Notes: generated by a model from the sequence alone, not told the origin. A stretch of 64,000 nt of DNA from an uncultured Oscillospiraceae bacterium (GCA_947626785.1 CANQTO010000007.1:5548-69547), one strand, 5' to 3'. Numbered from the stretch's first letter, positions 1 through 9,318 are shown. Made by a program: numbers and translations.

Positions 1-663
1 CACGATGAACTGCCGGGCGATCCAGCGGCGGCAGTCCCGGATGTCCCGCTTTTTGTCCAGCAGCTCCAGGATAAAATGGCTCATGGACAGCAGCAGGGCA
101 AAGGACACGTAGGCCTGATAGATGCCGCAGGACAGGCAGATCAGCAGGGCCGAGACGGGGATGTGCCAGTGCACCCGGTCCCCCACCCGGTCCAGCCGCG
201 CCGCCAGGGCGGCCAGCAGCATGGACAGCATGAAGCCGTCGCACAAATAGCCGTAAAAGAAGGTGTTGGTGACCACGGGGAAGGCGGCCAGCAGGCCGCC
301 GGTCAGGATCAAAGGCGCGGGCCGCTTCAGGTCGAACAGGTCCGCCACCACCGCCGCGGTCAGGCCGATCCAGCACAGGGCCAGCAGGCCGCTGAACCAG
401 GGCAGGTCGAATTTGGAGCTGGGCCAGCAGGCCGCCGCCAAAAACCAGCGCCCGATCGACACCATGTCCACCGATGAGTAGATGCTGTACAGGGAGTCGT
501 GACAGTAGAGGGTGTTGGTGAGCTTATAGAGATGGGCGGCCAGGCCCACCAGAAAGGCGGACAGGAACGCCGTCCTCCACCGGGGCTCTATGCGCCCGGC
601 CCAGCGGGAGAGCGGATCCCCCCGGTCCGAAAGCTTTTTGTTCACGATCTCCCACCTTTTCAC
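1..663 (-). CDS. GtrII-like (Glucos_trans_II type) polytopic membrane glycosyltransferase; N-terminal part only, the C-terminus lies left of the window
   Basis: My own minus-strand translation from GTG 663-661 reads VKRWEIVNKKLSDRGDPLSRWAGRIEPRWRTAFLSAFLVGLAAHLYKLTNTLYCHDSLYSIYSSVDMVSIGRWFLAAACWPSSKFDLPWFSGLL... The frame stays open to position 1 and contains several hydrophobic segments. The HLYKLTN / GRWFL / FDLPW pattern is recalled from GtrII-type proteins. The GTG abuts the TAA (664-666) of the upstream gene. It is absent from the ORF track because there is no stop in the window. Confidence 0.55.
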   Translation of the reverse strand, partial: MKRWEIVNKKLSDRGDPLSRWAGRIEPRWRTAFLSAFLVGLAAHLYKLTNTLYCHDSLYSIYSSVDMVSIGRWFLAAACWPSSKFDLPWFSGLLALCWIGLTAAVVADLFDLKRPAPLILTGGLLAAFPVVTNTFFYGYLCDGFMLSMLLAALAARLDRVGDRVHWHIPVSALLICLSCGIYQAYVSFALLLSMSHFILELLDKKRDIRDCRRWIARQFIV

Positions 664-1341
664 TTAGAGTTCCTTGATGATCCGGTCCGTCAGGTCCAGG
701 CACAGAGCGGAGGTCCGCTCCAGCTCCGCGTGGAATTCCGCCGCGCCCCCCTCGATGCCGTCGGACACGGCCTTGATCATCAAAAAGGGCACCCCCGCCC
801 GGCGGCAGGTCAGGGCGATACCGGCGGACTCCATCTCGCAGATGTCCGCCCCGTAGAGCCGGTGCAGCTCCGTCTTCCGCTCCCGGCCGTCCACGAACTT
901 GTCCGCCGAGGCGCAGGTCACCCTTTTCAGCTCCGGGCACAGCTCCACCGCCCGCGTAACTAAAGCGGGCGTGGCCGGGATGTAGATGCTCTCGTAGCCC
1001 TCGTACTGGCCGGGCAGGGTGCCGTCGATATGGGAGGTGTCGAAATCGTAGTGGACCAGCTTCTCCACCACGCAGCACTTGGTCTGGGCCATCTCCTCGG
1101 TCAGGCCGCCCACCACGCCGAAGTTGACGATCAGCTCCGCCTCATAGCGGTCGATGAGCAGGGCGGCTGCCGCCGCCGCGGCCAGCTCCCCCACGCCCGT
1201 GTGGACCACGGTCAGCCGGTCCTCCCCCATGGCGTAGCTCAGCACCGGGAAGCCGCAGCGGGTCTCCCGGCTGAGGGGGCTGCCGTAGCGGCCCAGGACC
1301 GCGTCGATCTCGCAGGCCACGATCATGCCGATGTTCTTCAT
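664..1341 (-). CDS. MTA/SAH nucleosidase family protein (PNP_UDP_1 fold, MtnN-like)
   Basis: This is ORF 664..1356 with the start moved to ATG 1341 (MKNIGMIV), which has AAGGAG 7 nt upstream. Family-type motifs seen by eye are GVGELAAAAAA, NFGVVGG, ICEMESAGIA and IKAVSD. Confidence 0.75.
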   Translation of the reverse strand: MKNIGMIVACEIDAVLGRYGSPLSRETRCGFPVLSYAMGEDRLTVVHTGVGELAAAAAAALLIDRYEAELIVNFGVVGGLTEEMAQTKCCVVEKLVHYDFDTSHIDGTLPGQYEGYESIYIPATPALVTRAVELCPELKRVTCASADKFVDGRERKTELHRLYGADICEMESAGIALTCRRAGVPFLMIKAVSDGIEGGAAEFHAELERTSALCLDLTDRIIKEL

Positions 1342-1352
1342 GGTTTTCTCCT

Positions 1353-2516
1353 TCACAGCACCCGGACCCGGAGCACGTTCTCCATCTGCCGGATGCTCTC
1401 AGCGGTCTCGGGGCCGATCTTCTCCGCCAGGTCCACGATGGTGCAGGCATAGCCGCCCCGGGGCTTGTTGATCATGTGCTCCACGTTGATGTTGAGCTTG
1501 CTGATGTAGTCCAGGATGTTGGTGATCATCCGGGGCACGTTCCGGTGCAGCACCCACAGGCGGCAAACGCCCATACGGGCCAGGGACACATCTGGCAGGT
1601 TCACGGAGTTGCGGATGTTGCCGTTGGCCAGATAGTCGTAGAGCTCGTTTGCGGCCATCACCGCGCAGCGGTCCTCGCTCTCGGGGGTGCAGGCCCCCAG
1701 GTGGGGCATGGCGATCACGTTGGGCGCCTTCAAAATCACCTGGTTGGGGAAGTCCGTCACATAGCGGCCCACCCGTCCGGCCCGGAGGGCCCGGGTCATG
1801 GCCTCGTCGTCCACCACCTCGGCCCGGGACTCGTTGATGATCCGCACGCCGGGGCGCATCTTGGCAAAGGCGGCCTCGTTCAGCATATGGTGGGTGCTCT
1901 CGGTGTAGGGGACGTTGAGGCTGATATAGTCGCTCTTTTCAAAGATCTCGTCCACGGTCTCCGCGTGCTGCACCTCCCGGCTCAGGTTCCAGGCGGCGGT
2001 GACGGACATGAAGGGGTCGTAGCCCCAGACCTCCATGCCGAACTCCAGGGCGATGTTGGCCACCAGAGCCCCCACGGCCCCCAGGCCGATAACGCCCAGG
2101 CGCTTGCCCAGCAGCTCCGGCCCTGCGAAGGCGGATTTGCCCTTCTCCACCAGCTTGGGGATCTCCTCCCCCTTGTCCGCGATGCTCTTGACCCAGTCGA
2201 TGGCCCCCAGCACGTCCCGGGAGGCCAGGATCATGGAGCAGATCTCCTGCTCCTTCACCGCCTCGGCGTTGGCGCCGGGGCTGTTGAAGACGGCGATGCC
2301 CTTCTCGGCGCAGTCCTCGATGGGGATGTTGTTGAAGCCCGCCCCGGCCCGGGCGATAGCCAGCAGCTCCGGCCCGAAGTCCATGCCGTGCAGGTCGGCG
2401 CTGCGGATCAGCAGGCCCTGGGGTTTTTCCACGTCCTCCCCCACCCGGCAGCCCCGCTTTTCCAGGACGGCCACGCCGGCCGGGGAGATGGCGTTCATGG
2501 TTTTTATCTCAAACAT
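1353..2516 (-). CDS. serA: D-3-phosphoglycerate dehydrogenase
   Basis: This is ORF 1353..2531 with the start at ATG 2516 (MFEIKTMNAISPAG). GAGGTGGA lies upstream and the start overlaps the serC stop. It has the GVIGLGAVG NAD-binding loop and a D-2-hydroxyacid dehydrogenase layout, and it is adjacent to serC. Confidence 0.85.
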   Translation of the reverse strand: MFEIKTMNAISPAGVAVLEKRGCRVGEDVEKPQGLLIRSADLHGMDFGPELLAIARAGAGFNNIPIEDCAEKGIAVFNSPGANAEAVKEQEICSMILASRDVLGAIDWVKSIADKGEEIPKLVEKGKSAFAGPELLGKRLGVIGLGAVGALVANIALEFGMEVWGYDPFMSVTAAWNLSREVQHAETVDEIFEKSDYISLNVPYTESTHHMLNEAAFAKMRPGVRIINESRAEVVDDEAMTRALRAGRVGRYVTDFPNQVILKAPNVIAMPHLGACTPESEDRCAVMAANELYDYLANGNIRNSVNLPDVSLARMGVCRLWVLHRNVPRMITNILDYISKLNINVEHMINKPRGGYACTIVDLAEKIGPETAESIRQMENVLRVRVL

Positions 2517-3588
2517 GGTGTTCCACCTCAAATTTCTTCATAAAGTCGATCAGCGCGTCCACGCCCTCCATAGGCATGGCGTTGTACAGGGAGGCCCGCA
2601 GGCCGCCGGCGGCCTTGTGCCCCTTCAGGTTCACCAGGCCCCGCTCCGCCGCCTCCTTCACGAAGGCCGCGTCCAGCTCCGGGCTGGGGGTGCGGAAGGT
2701 CACGTTCATATCGCTCCGGGAGCCGGGCAGGGCGTGGGGCCGGTAGAAGCCGCTGTTGTCCAGGAAGTCATAGACCTTGGCGGCCCGGGCCTTCTTGATC
2801 TGCTCCATGCCCTCGACGCCCCCCTGCTCCTCCAGCCAGTCCAGCACCAGGCCCAGTATATAGATACACCAGCAGGGCGGGGTGTTGAGCATGGAGCCGG
2901 CGCCGATCATGGTCTCGTAGCTCATCACCTGGGGGGTGATGGGCAGCTCGTGCCCGGCCAGGGCCCGGTCCAGAATGACCACCGTCAGCCCCGCGGGGGC
3001 CATGTTCTTCTGGGCGCCCGCGTAGATCAGCCCGTAGCGGGCCACGTCCACGGGCCGGGACAGGATGTCCGAGGACATGTCGCAGACCAGGGGGGCCGCC
3101 GTCTTAGGAATGTACTGCCACTCGGTGCCGTAGACCGTGTTGTTGGCGCAGTAGTAGAAATAGTCCGCCTCCGGGCTCAGCTCCAGCTCCCCCTGGGAGG
3201 GGATCCGGTCGTGGCCGGTCTCCGAGGTGTCGCAGGCGATGTGGACCGCGCCGTACTTCTCCGCCTCCTTGGCGGCCTTGCCGGAGAAATTGCCGGTGAC
3301 GGCGTAGTCTGCTTTGCCGCCGCGCATCAGGTTCATGGGGATGGCGGCGAACTGGAGGGTAGCGCCCCCCTGCAAAAACAGGATCTCGTAGCTGTCCGGC
3401 ACCTTCAGCGCCCGGCGCAACTTATCCCGGGCAGAGTCAAAGATCTCCTGAAAGGCCTTACTTCGGTGACTCATCTCCATAACGGACATGCCGCAGCCGC
3501 CAAAATCCAGCATCTCATCCCGGGCCCGCTCCAGCGCGCTCAACGGCAGCACCGAGGGTCCGGCGGAAAAATTGTACACCCGGTCCAT
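2509..3588 (-). CDS. serC: phosphoserine aminotransferase
   Basis: The 359-aa product starts MDRVYNFSAGPSVLP, the typical SerC N-terminus. It is a class-V aminotransferase of the expected length and lies in an operon with serA. Confidence 0.9.
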   Translation of the reverse strand: MDRVYNFSAGPSVLPLSALERARDEMLDFGGCGMSVMEMSHRSKAFQEIFDSARDKLRRALKVPDSYEILFLQGGATLQFAAIPMNLMRGGKADYAVTGNFSGKAAKEAEKYGAVHIACDTSETGHDRIPSQGELELSPEADYFYYCANNTVYGTEWQYIPKTAAPLVCDMSSDILSRPVDVARYGLIYAGAQKNMAPAGLTVVILDRALAGHELPITPQVMSYETMIGAGSMLNTPPCWCIYILGLVLDWLEEQGGVEGMEQIKKARAAKVYDFLDNSGFYRPHALPGSRSDMNVTFRTPSPELDAAFVKEAAERGLVNLKGHKAAGGLRASLYNAMPMEGVDALIDFMKKFEVEHHV

Positions 3589-3704
3589 AGTCTTTCATCT
3601 CCGATCAGAATTTGCCTAATGATCCTTTGGATCATCGGCTGCCAAACTTGTCGTTTGGCTGCGAAAACCATCAAACCTTCGATTGTTTTCGCGCAGCGAT
3701 GATC

Positions 3705-3733
3705 ATTATAATACAGAGAATGCGTTGCGTCAA
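3705..3733 (-). promoter_or_regulatory. sigma-70 type promoter for serC-serA
   Basis: On the minus strand: TTGACG (3733-3728), a 17-nt spacer, then TATAAT (3710-3705). The -35 overlaps the mtaB stop codon. A ~110 nt hairpin-rich leader follows. Confidence 0.6.
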
Positions 3734-5016
3734 ATGATTTCGCCAACAAGCTCCTGTCCGTCTATACAGAGGACCCGCGCCTGTCGGAGCTGCCCCCGCA
3801 GGCCGGCGCCCGGTACCCGGACGGTCAGGTAGGTGTCGCTGTGGCCGGAGGAGAAGCCCTCCTCTTCCGTCTCGAACAGCACCGGCAGGGTCCGGCCCAG
3901 CTGCTCCTCCAGAAAGGCCCGGTGCAGCCGCTCCCCCAGGGCTCTCGCCTCGGCGGCCCGGCGCTCCTTCACCGCCCGGTCCAGCTGGCCGGGCATTTTG
4001 TCCGCCGGGGTGCCGGGGCGGCGGGAATAGGGGAAGACGTGCATGGCGGAAAAGCCGCATTTCTCCAGGAAGGCCAGGGTCTGCCGGTGGTCCTCCTCCG
4101 TCTCCCCGGGAAAGCCCGTGATCAGGTCGCAGGCGATGGCGCAGCCGGGGAAAAAGCGCCGCAGCAGCTCCACCGACTGGTAGAAGCGGGCGGTGCCGTA
4201 TTTCCGGTTCATGGCCTTCAGGGTCCGGTCGCAGCCGGACTGGAGGGACAGGTGGAAGTGGGGGCAGAGCTTCCCGGTATCGGCCAGGCGGCGGCAGAAG
4301 TCCTCCGTCACCACCGTGGGCTCCAGAGAGCTCAGGCGCAGGCGCATCTCCCCCGCCTGGGCGGCGGCTGCTTCGATCAGATCCGCCAGGCCCGGCTTGC
4401 CCGGCAGGTCCAGGCCGTAGGAGGCCACCTCGATGCCGGTGAGCACCAGCTCCCGGTAGCCCTCGTCCCGGATGCGGGCGGTCTCCGCCGCCGCTTCCTC
4501 CACCGGCAGGCTCCGGAGCCGGCCCCGGGTGTAGGGGATGATGCAGTAGCTGCAAAAATTCACGCAGCCGTCCTGGATCTTCAGCATGGCCCGGGTGCGG
4601 CCGGAGACCGCCCCCGCCGGCAGCCGCTCAAAGTTCCGCCGCTGGAAGGGCTCGTCCACCCGGCGCTCCTTTTTGCCCTCCAGCACCGCCTTTTCCACAG
4701 CGTCTACAAAGGCCGCCCTGCCGGCGGAGCCGAAGACCACCCCGGCCCCCAGTTTCTCCGCCTCCTCCGGGCTCAGCTGGGCGTAGCAGCCGCAGAGGGC
4801 CAGCACCGCCCCCGGGTTCTGCTCCCGGAGGTGACGGGCCGCCTGGCGGGACTTGCGCCCGCTCTCCGCGGTGACGGCGCAGCTGTTGACGATGACGGCG
4901 TCCGCCGTCTCGCCCTCCTGGGCGGGCCGGTGGCCCCGCTGCCGGAGCAGGACTTCCATGGCCTGGGTCTCCACCTGGTTGACCTTGCAGCCGAGAGTTG
5001 TTATAATATAGCGCAT
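3730..5016 (-). CDS. mtaB: tRNA (t6A37) methylthiotransferase MtaB (radical SAM)
   Basis: The N-terminus MRYIITTLGCKVNQVETQ is an MTTase N-domain. The radical-SAM motif is CVNFCSYC, and there is a TRAM-like C-terminus. Confidence 0.85.
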   Translation of the reverse strand: MRYIITTLGCKVNQVETQAMEVLLRQRGHRPAQEGETADAVIVNSCAVTAESGRKSRQAARHLREQNPGAVLALCGCYAQLSPEEAEKLGAGVVFGSAGRAAFVDAVEKAVLEGKKERRVDEPFQRRNFERLPAGAVSGRTRAMLKIQDGCVNFCSYCIIPYTRGRLRSLPVEEAAAETARIRDEGYRELVLTGIEVASYGLDLPGKPGLADLIEAAAAQAGEMRLRLSSLEPTVVTEDFCRRLADTGKLCPHFHLSLQSGCDRTLKAMNRKYGTARFYQSVELLRRFFPGCAIACDLITGFPGETEEDHRQTLAFLEKCGFSAMHVFPYSRRPGTPADKMPGQLDRAVKERRAAEARALGERLHRAFLEEQLGRTLPVLFETEEEGFSSGHSDTYLTVRVPGAGLRGQLRQARVLCIDGQELVGEII

Positions 5017-5051
5017 AAATACCTCTTGAAAAGATGTTTGAGGAGTTCAAA

Positions 5052-6182
5052 ATGGAACACTATCTGGATAACGCGGCCACCACCCGGGTCTGCCCGGAGG
5101 CGGCCCAGGCCGCCCTGACCGCCATGACGGAGTGCTACGGCAACCCCAGCTCCACCCACACCCTGGGCCGTGAGGCCAAAAAGCTGGTGGATTCGGCCCG
5201 CAAACAGATCGCCGGGGCCCTGGGCTGCCAGAGCGGGGAGCTGGTCTTTACCTCCTGCGGCTCGGAGAGCGACAACTGGGCCCTGCTCTCCGGGGCCCAG
5301 GCCATGCGCCGCCGGGGTGGGCATATCATCAGCTCCCTGGCAGAGCACGATGCGGTGCGCAGGAGCCTGGACGAGCTGGAGGCCCGGGGCTTTCAGGTGA
5401 CCCGGCTGAAGCCCGGCCCCTCCGGGGCCGTGGAGCCGGAGGCGGTGGAGGCCGCCCTCCGGGAGGACACGGTCCTGGTCTCCCTGATGCTGGTCAACAA
5501 CGAGACCGGCGCCGTGACGGACATCCCCGCCGTCTCTAAACTCCTGCGCCGGGCGGGCTCCGGGGCCCTGCTGCACACGGACGCGGTCCAGGCTTTCGCC
5601 AAGCTCCCCTTTACGGTCAAGAGCCTGGGGGCGGATATGGTCAGCCTCAGCGGGCACAAGATCCACGCCCCCAAGGGCATCGGCGCCCTGTATGTCCGCG
5701 GCGGCCTGCGGCTCCGGCCCCTGATCTTAGGGGGCGGGCAGGAGGAGGGCCGCCGGGCGGGCACCGAGGCCGTGCCCCAGATCGCCGCCTTCGGCGCGGC
5801 CTGCGCCGCCGCCATGGCGGACCTGGAGGGGAACATCCGGCGCATGTCCGCCCTGCGGCAGAGCGCCGTGGATCAGCTCTCCGCCGCCCTGCCGGAGCTG
5901 CGGGTGCTGGGGGGCGGCGCGCCCCATATCCTCAGCCTGTCCCTGCCCGGCTGGCGCAGCGAGGTGCTGATGAACTTCCTGGAGGCCCGGGAGGTCTACG
6001 TATCAAAAAGCTCCGCCTGCAAAAAGGGCGGGCGGAGCCATGTGCTGGAGGCGATGGGTCTGGACGCCAGGACCATCGACGGGGCCATCCGGGTCAGCCT
6101 GAGCCGCTATACCGCTCAGGCGGATATCGACGCTCTCTGCCAGGGCCTAATTGAAGCCGCCCGGACCCTGCGGCACAACTGA
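5052..6182 (+). CDS. cysteine desulfurase (NifS/IscS family, class V aminotransferase)
   Basis: This is ORF 5034..6182 with the start at ATG 5052 (MEHYLDNAATTRV), GAGGAG 6 nt upstream. It has the PLP-lysine motif SGHKIHAPKG and the active-site Cys loop SSACKKG. Confidence 0.85.
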   Translation: MEHYLDNAATTRVCPEAAQAALTAMTECYGNPSSTHTLGREAKKLVDSARKQIAGALGCQSGELVFTSCGSESDNWALLSGAQAMRRRGGHIISSLAEHDAVRRSLDELEARGFQVTRLKPGPSGAVEPEAVEAALREDTVLVSLMLVNNETGAVTDIPAVSKLLRRAGSGALLHTDAVQAFAKLPFTVKSLGADMVSLSGHKIHAPKGIGALYVRGGLRLRPLILGGGQEEGRRAGTEAVPQIAAFGAACAAAMADLEGNIRRMSALRQSAVDQLSAALPELRVLGGGAPHILSLSLPGWRSEVLMNFLEAREVYVSKSSACKKGGRSHVLEAMGLDARTIDGAIRVSLSRYTAQADIDALCQGLIEAARTLRHN

Positions 6183-6189
6183 GGAAAAG

Positions 6190-7479
6190 TCACTTCTCTT
6201 CCTGAGCGTCCCCTTCGGGGGGCGCTTTTTTTACCGCCGTGCGGGTGATGGGGTCGATATGGTCCAGGTCCCGGTAATCGTCCACCTCCCAGGGCAGGTT
6301 GCTGCGCTTGAGCTTGCGGACGATGTGCCCGTTGACGGCGGCGTAGATCACCACGAACACCGGCACACCCAGCAGCATCCCCCAGAAGCCGAAGAGCCCC
6401 GCCCCCAGGATGATGGAGAACATGACCCAGAAGCCGTTGATGCCGATGGAGTTGCCCAGGATCTTGGGGCCGATGATGTTTCCGTCCACCTGCTGGAGGA
6501 TGATGATGAAGATGATGAAGATCAGGCACTTCACCGGGTCCACCATCAGGATGATGAGGCAGCTGGGCACCGCGCCCACGAAGGGGCCGAAGAAGGGGAT
6601 GATGTTGGTCACGCCGATGATGACGCTGACCAGCAGGGCGTAGGGCATGCGCAGCAGGGCGCAGACGATGTAGCAGATCAGGCCGATGATGGCCGAGTCC
6701 AGGAGCTTGCCGTTGATGAAGCCCATGAAGGTCTTATCCACAAAGACCGTGGCGTCCCGGATGCGCTCGGCGGCCTCTACGGTGAAGACGCAGTACAGAA
6801 GCCGCTTGGCAGCCGCGCCGAAGGCCTCCATATTGCTCAGGATGTAGACGGAGACGATGATGCCGATGATCAGATTGTACACACCCATGACCACGTAGTA
6901 CAGACCGGAGGTCAGGTTGGTGACGAAGCTGCCCAGCTGGGGCAGGATGCTGTCCCGCAGCCAGCCAAAGATATCGTCCAGGCTCTGGGAGGTGCCGGTG
7001 AGCAGCTGGGACAGCAGCTCGCCCAGGGCGGGGTAGTCCGCCATCAATCCGGCGGCCCAGTCGGACAAATGGGTGATGTAGGTGCCGCTGTTGGCCACGA
7101 TGGTCTCCACGCTGCTGTACAGCTGAGGCAGGATCAGATAGACCAGGGCGGCGATCACGGCAAGCAAGATCAGCTCCGAGGCCAGCACGGAGAAGTTCCG
7201 GGCAAAGCGGCCCGCCTTCTTTTTGTTCTTCTTATAGACCCGCTCCCCCAGAGGCCGGAACAGGGACCGCTCCATGGCCTGCATCACCGGGGAGAGCAGA
7301 TAGGTGATCACCAGGCCCCAGATGAAGGGGCTGAGGATGCTGACCACGGACTTGACCGCCGAGACCAGCAGCGGCAGGTAGTTCAGCGCCATGTAGAACA
7401 CGATGGCGCAGGCGATGACGCAGAAGGCGGTGATGCCCCAGTACAGATATTTTTTGTCCCAGCGGAATCTGCGTCTCAT
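6190..7479 (-). CDS. AI-2E family transporter (PerM/YhhT-like permease)
   Basis: The 429-aa product is polytopic, and its C-terminal half has conserved motifs (NIIPFFGPFVGAVP) typical of AI-2E / UPF0118 proteins. Confidence 0.8.
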   Translation of the reverse strand: MRRRFRWDKKYLYWGITAFCVIACAIVFYMALNYLPLLVSAVKSVVSILSPFIWGLVITYLLSPVMQAMERSLFRPLGERVYKKNKKKAGRFARNFSVLASELILLAVIAALVYLILPQLYSSVETIVANSGTYITHLSDWAAGLMADYPALGELLSQLLTGTSQSLDDIFGWLRDSILPQLGSFVTNLTSGLYYVVMGVYNLIIGIIVSVYILSNMEAFGAAAKRLLYCVFTVEAAERIRDATVFVDKTFMGFINGKLLDSAIIGLICYIVCALLRMPYALLVSVIIGVTNIIPFFGPFVGAVPSCLIILMVDPVKCLIFIIFIIILQQVDGNIIGPKILGNSIGINGFWVMFSIILGAGLFGFWGMLLGVPVFVVIYAAVNGHIVRKLKRSNLPWEVDDYRDLDHIDPITRTAVKKAPPEGDAQEEK

Positions 7480-7820
7480 AGCTGCCCCTCCTTACCGCTT
7501 TTATACCACGTGTTTTATTTTACTATCGGCGTCCGGGCGCGTCAAGCCGGAAATAAGGAAAATTTATGGGAGCGTCCCTTGTTTTATGTTGACTCTTTTG
7601 AAAACCGGCGGCTGACTATGCAAAACGGCCCTGTGGAAAAGACAGTTGAAAATGTGAAAAACTCCGGGCATTTTCGACAGCTTTCGTACCGCCGGCCGGA
7701 AAATATTCATTTTGCTCCGGTCGGATTATACATAATTTTGTAAACCAACTCATAGGGGCCTTTTCCAGAGGCATAGACTGACACAAGAACAAGTCCAAAC
7801 TCGTATGAATGGAGCCCGCT

Positions 7821-8972
7821 ATGAAAAAACTGCTTTCCTTCGTTCTCGCCCTCGCCGCGCTGCTGGGCCTTGTCCCCCTGCGCGCCCTCGCCGCCGAGCC
7901 CCTCCGGGACAGCGACATCCGGATCTCCGCCCCCTCGGCTATCCTCATGGAGAAAGCCACCGGCCAGATCCTCTACGAAAAGAAGGCCCACGAGCATATG
8001 CTCCCGGCCAGCGTCACCAAGGTCATGACCCTGCTGCTGCTCATCGAGGACATCGAGGCGGGGAAGATCAGCCTGGAGGACACCGTCACCGCCAGCGCCC
8101 GGGCCGCCTCCTTCGGCGGCAGCAACGTGTATTTGGAGGAGGGCGAGCAGATGAGCGTCCACGAGATGCTCAAGTGCATCGCCGTAGTCTCCGCCAACGA
8201 CTGCGCCGTGGCCATGGCCGAATTCGTCAGCGGCACGGAGCAGGTCTTTGTGGACCGGATGAACAAACGGGCGGAGGAACTGGGCCTCAAGGACACTCAC
8301 TTCACCAACTGCACCGGCCTCTTTGATGACGCCAACCATTACACCAGCGCCTACGACGTGGCCGTCATGTCCCGGGAGCTGATCCGCCACGAGCTCATCA
8401 AGAACTACTCCACCATCTGGATGGACAGCATCCGGGGCGGCAGCTTTGAGCTGAACAACACCAACAAGCTGGTCTACTGGTACGAAGGCTGCACCGGCCT
8501 GAAGACCGGCTTCACCTCGGCGGCCATGTACTGCCTGTCGGCCACGGCGGAGCGGGACGGGGTGGAGTACATCGCCGTCATCATGCACGCCCAGAGCATC
8601 GACGAGCGCAACACCGACGCCACCTCCCTGCTCAACTACGCCTTTGCCAATTACACCCTCTGCCCCCTGTCAGACGGCTCCCCCCTGCCGGAGCTGCCGG
8701 TGGAGATGGGCGCGGAGGCAGCCCTGCCCCTGCGCCTGGAGGGCGGGGACTACGTCCTGGTGCCCAAGTCCGGGGCCAAGGCCGCGTACAGCCTGGAGCT
8801 GCCCGACAAGCTCAGCGCCCCGGTGGCGGAGGGGACGCCTCTGGGCACGCTGAGGGTACGCATCGGGGACCAGACCGTGGCGGAGACCCCGGTGGTGGCC
8901 GCCAAGGACGTGCCCCGCATCGGCACTTTCGGCATCCTCAAGCGTCTGGCCGGCAGCCTCTTCGGGTTGTAA
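7821..8972 (+). CDS. D-alanyl-D-alanine carboxypeptidase (peptidase S11, low-MW PBP)
   Basis: This is ORF 7809..8972 with the start at ATG 7821 (MKKLLSFVLALAALLG signal peptide). The three PBP motifs are present: SxxK = SVTK, SxN = SAND, KTG = KTGFT. Confidence 0.85.
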   Translation: MKKLLSFVLALAALLGLVPLRALAAEPLRDSDIRISAPSAILMEKATGQILYEKKAHEHMLPASVTKVMTLLLLIEDIEAGKISLEDTVTASARAASFGGSNVYLEEGEQMSVHEMLKCIAVVSANDCAVAMAEFVSGTEQVFVDRMNKRAEELGLKDTHFTNCTGLFDDANHYTSAYDVAVMSRELIRHELIKNYSTIWMDSIRGGSFELNNTNKLVYWYEGCTGLKTGFTSAAMYCLSATAERDGVEYIAVIMHAQSIDERNTDATSLLNYAFANYTLCPLSDGSPLPELPVEMGAEAALPLRLEGGDYVLVPKSGAKAAYSLELPDKLSAPVAEGTPLGTLRVRIGDQTVAETPVVAAKDVPRIGTFGILKRLAGSLFGL

Positions 8973-8991
8973 GTTGATCTCTATTATCTGC

Positions 8992-9020
8992 TTGACAGCG
9001 GCGGATGCAAAGCTTATAAT
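8992..9020 (+). promoter_or_regulatory. consensus sigma-70 promoter driving a small non-coding transcript
   Basis: TTGACA (8992-8997), an exact 17-nt spacer, then TATAAT (9015-9020). Confidence 0.7.
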
Positions 9021-9026
9021 ATAAAC

Positions 9027-9167
9027 ACAAGGAGATGCCCGCTGGTAACAGGCATCCCCCTGCGGTAAAAACCCGACGGTTGCCCGTCGAATCAGCTTTA
9101 GTTTTTGAGAGCTAAGCCCTCAAAAAAACGTGAGCCGTTCTGGTCGAAGCAGACGGCTCACTTTTTT
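9027..9167 (+). ncRNA. unclassified small RNA (~140 nt) with its own promoter and intrinsic terminator
   Basis: It contains three internal hairpins: GGAGATGCC/GGCATCCCC, CGACGG/CCGTCG and TTTGAGAG/CCCTCAAA. A terminator hairpin follows. There is no credible ORF, and a separate promoter for pgi lies downstream. Confidence 0.5.
9130..9167 (+). terminator. rho-independent terminator of the small RNA
   Basis: The stem is GTGAGCCGTTCTG ... CAGACGGCTCAC, followed by TTTTTT (9162-9167). Confidence 0.75.
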
Positions 9168-9243
9168 ATGTTCGTCAGCTTGTCTGCGATCTGGACGACG
9201 ATCCAGAATCATATTTCGAGGTTTTTTTCAAGTGAAAAGGCCG

Positions 9244-9272
9244 TTGACCCCTGTGGGGCGCGGGTGTATAAT
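9244..9272 (+). promoter_or_regulatory. sigma-70 promoter of pgi
   Basis: TTGACC (9244-9249), a 17-nt spacer, then TATAAT (9267-9272), about 45 nt upstream of the pgi ATG. Confidence 0.65.
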
Positions 9273-9318
9273 AGGGATAGCTTTATACTAAATTTTTAGA
9301 TAAAAAATAGGAGGCATT

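Noticed and set aside
7480-7820. A possible sporulation-sigma (sigE/sigF-like) promoter (…ATTCATT…ATACATAAT…) upstream of the DD-carboxypeptidase gene in the 330-bp divergent region.
   Set aside because: The matches to the recalled consensus are too loose and the spacing is uncertain, so this is not supportable by eye.
9033-9113. A 26-codon ORF (MPAGNRHPPAVKTRRLPVESALVFES) inside the 9027-9167 small RNA.
   Set aside because: The ATG directly abuts the AAGGAG with no spacer and is buried in hairpin 1. The peptide has no notable features. A dual-function RNA cannot be excluded but is unsupported.
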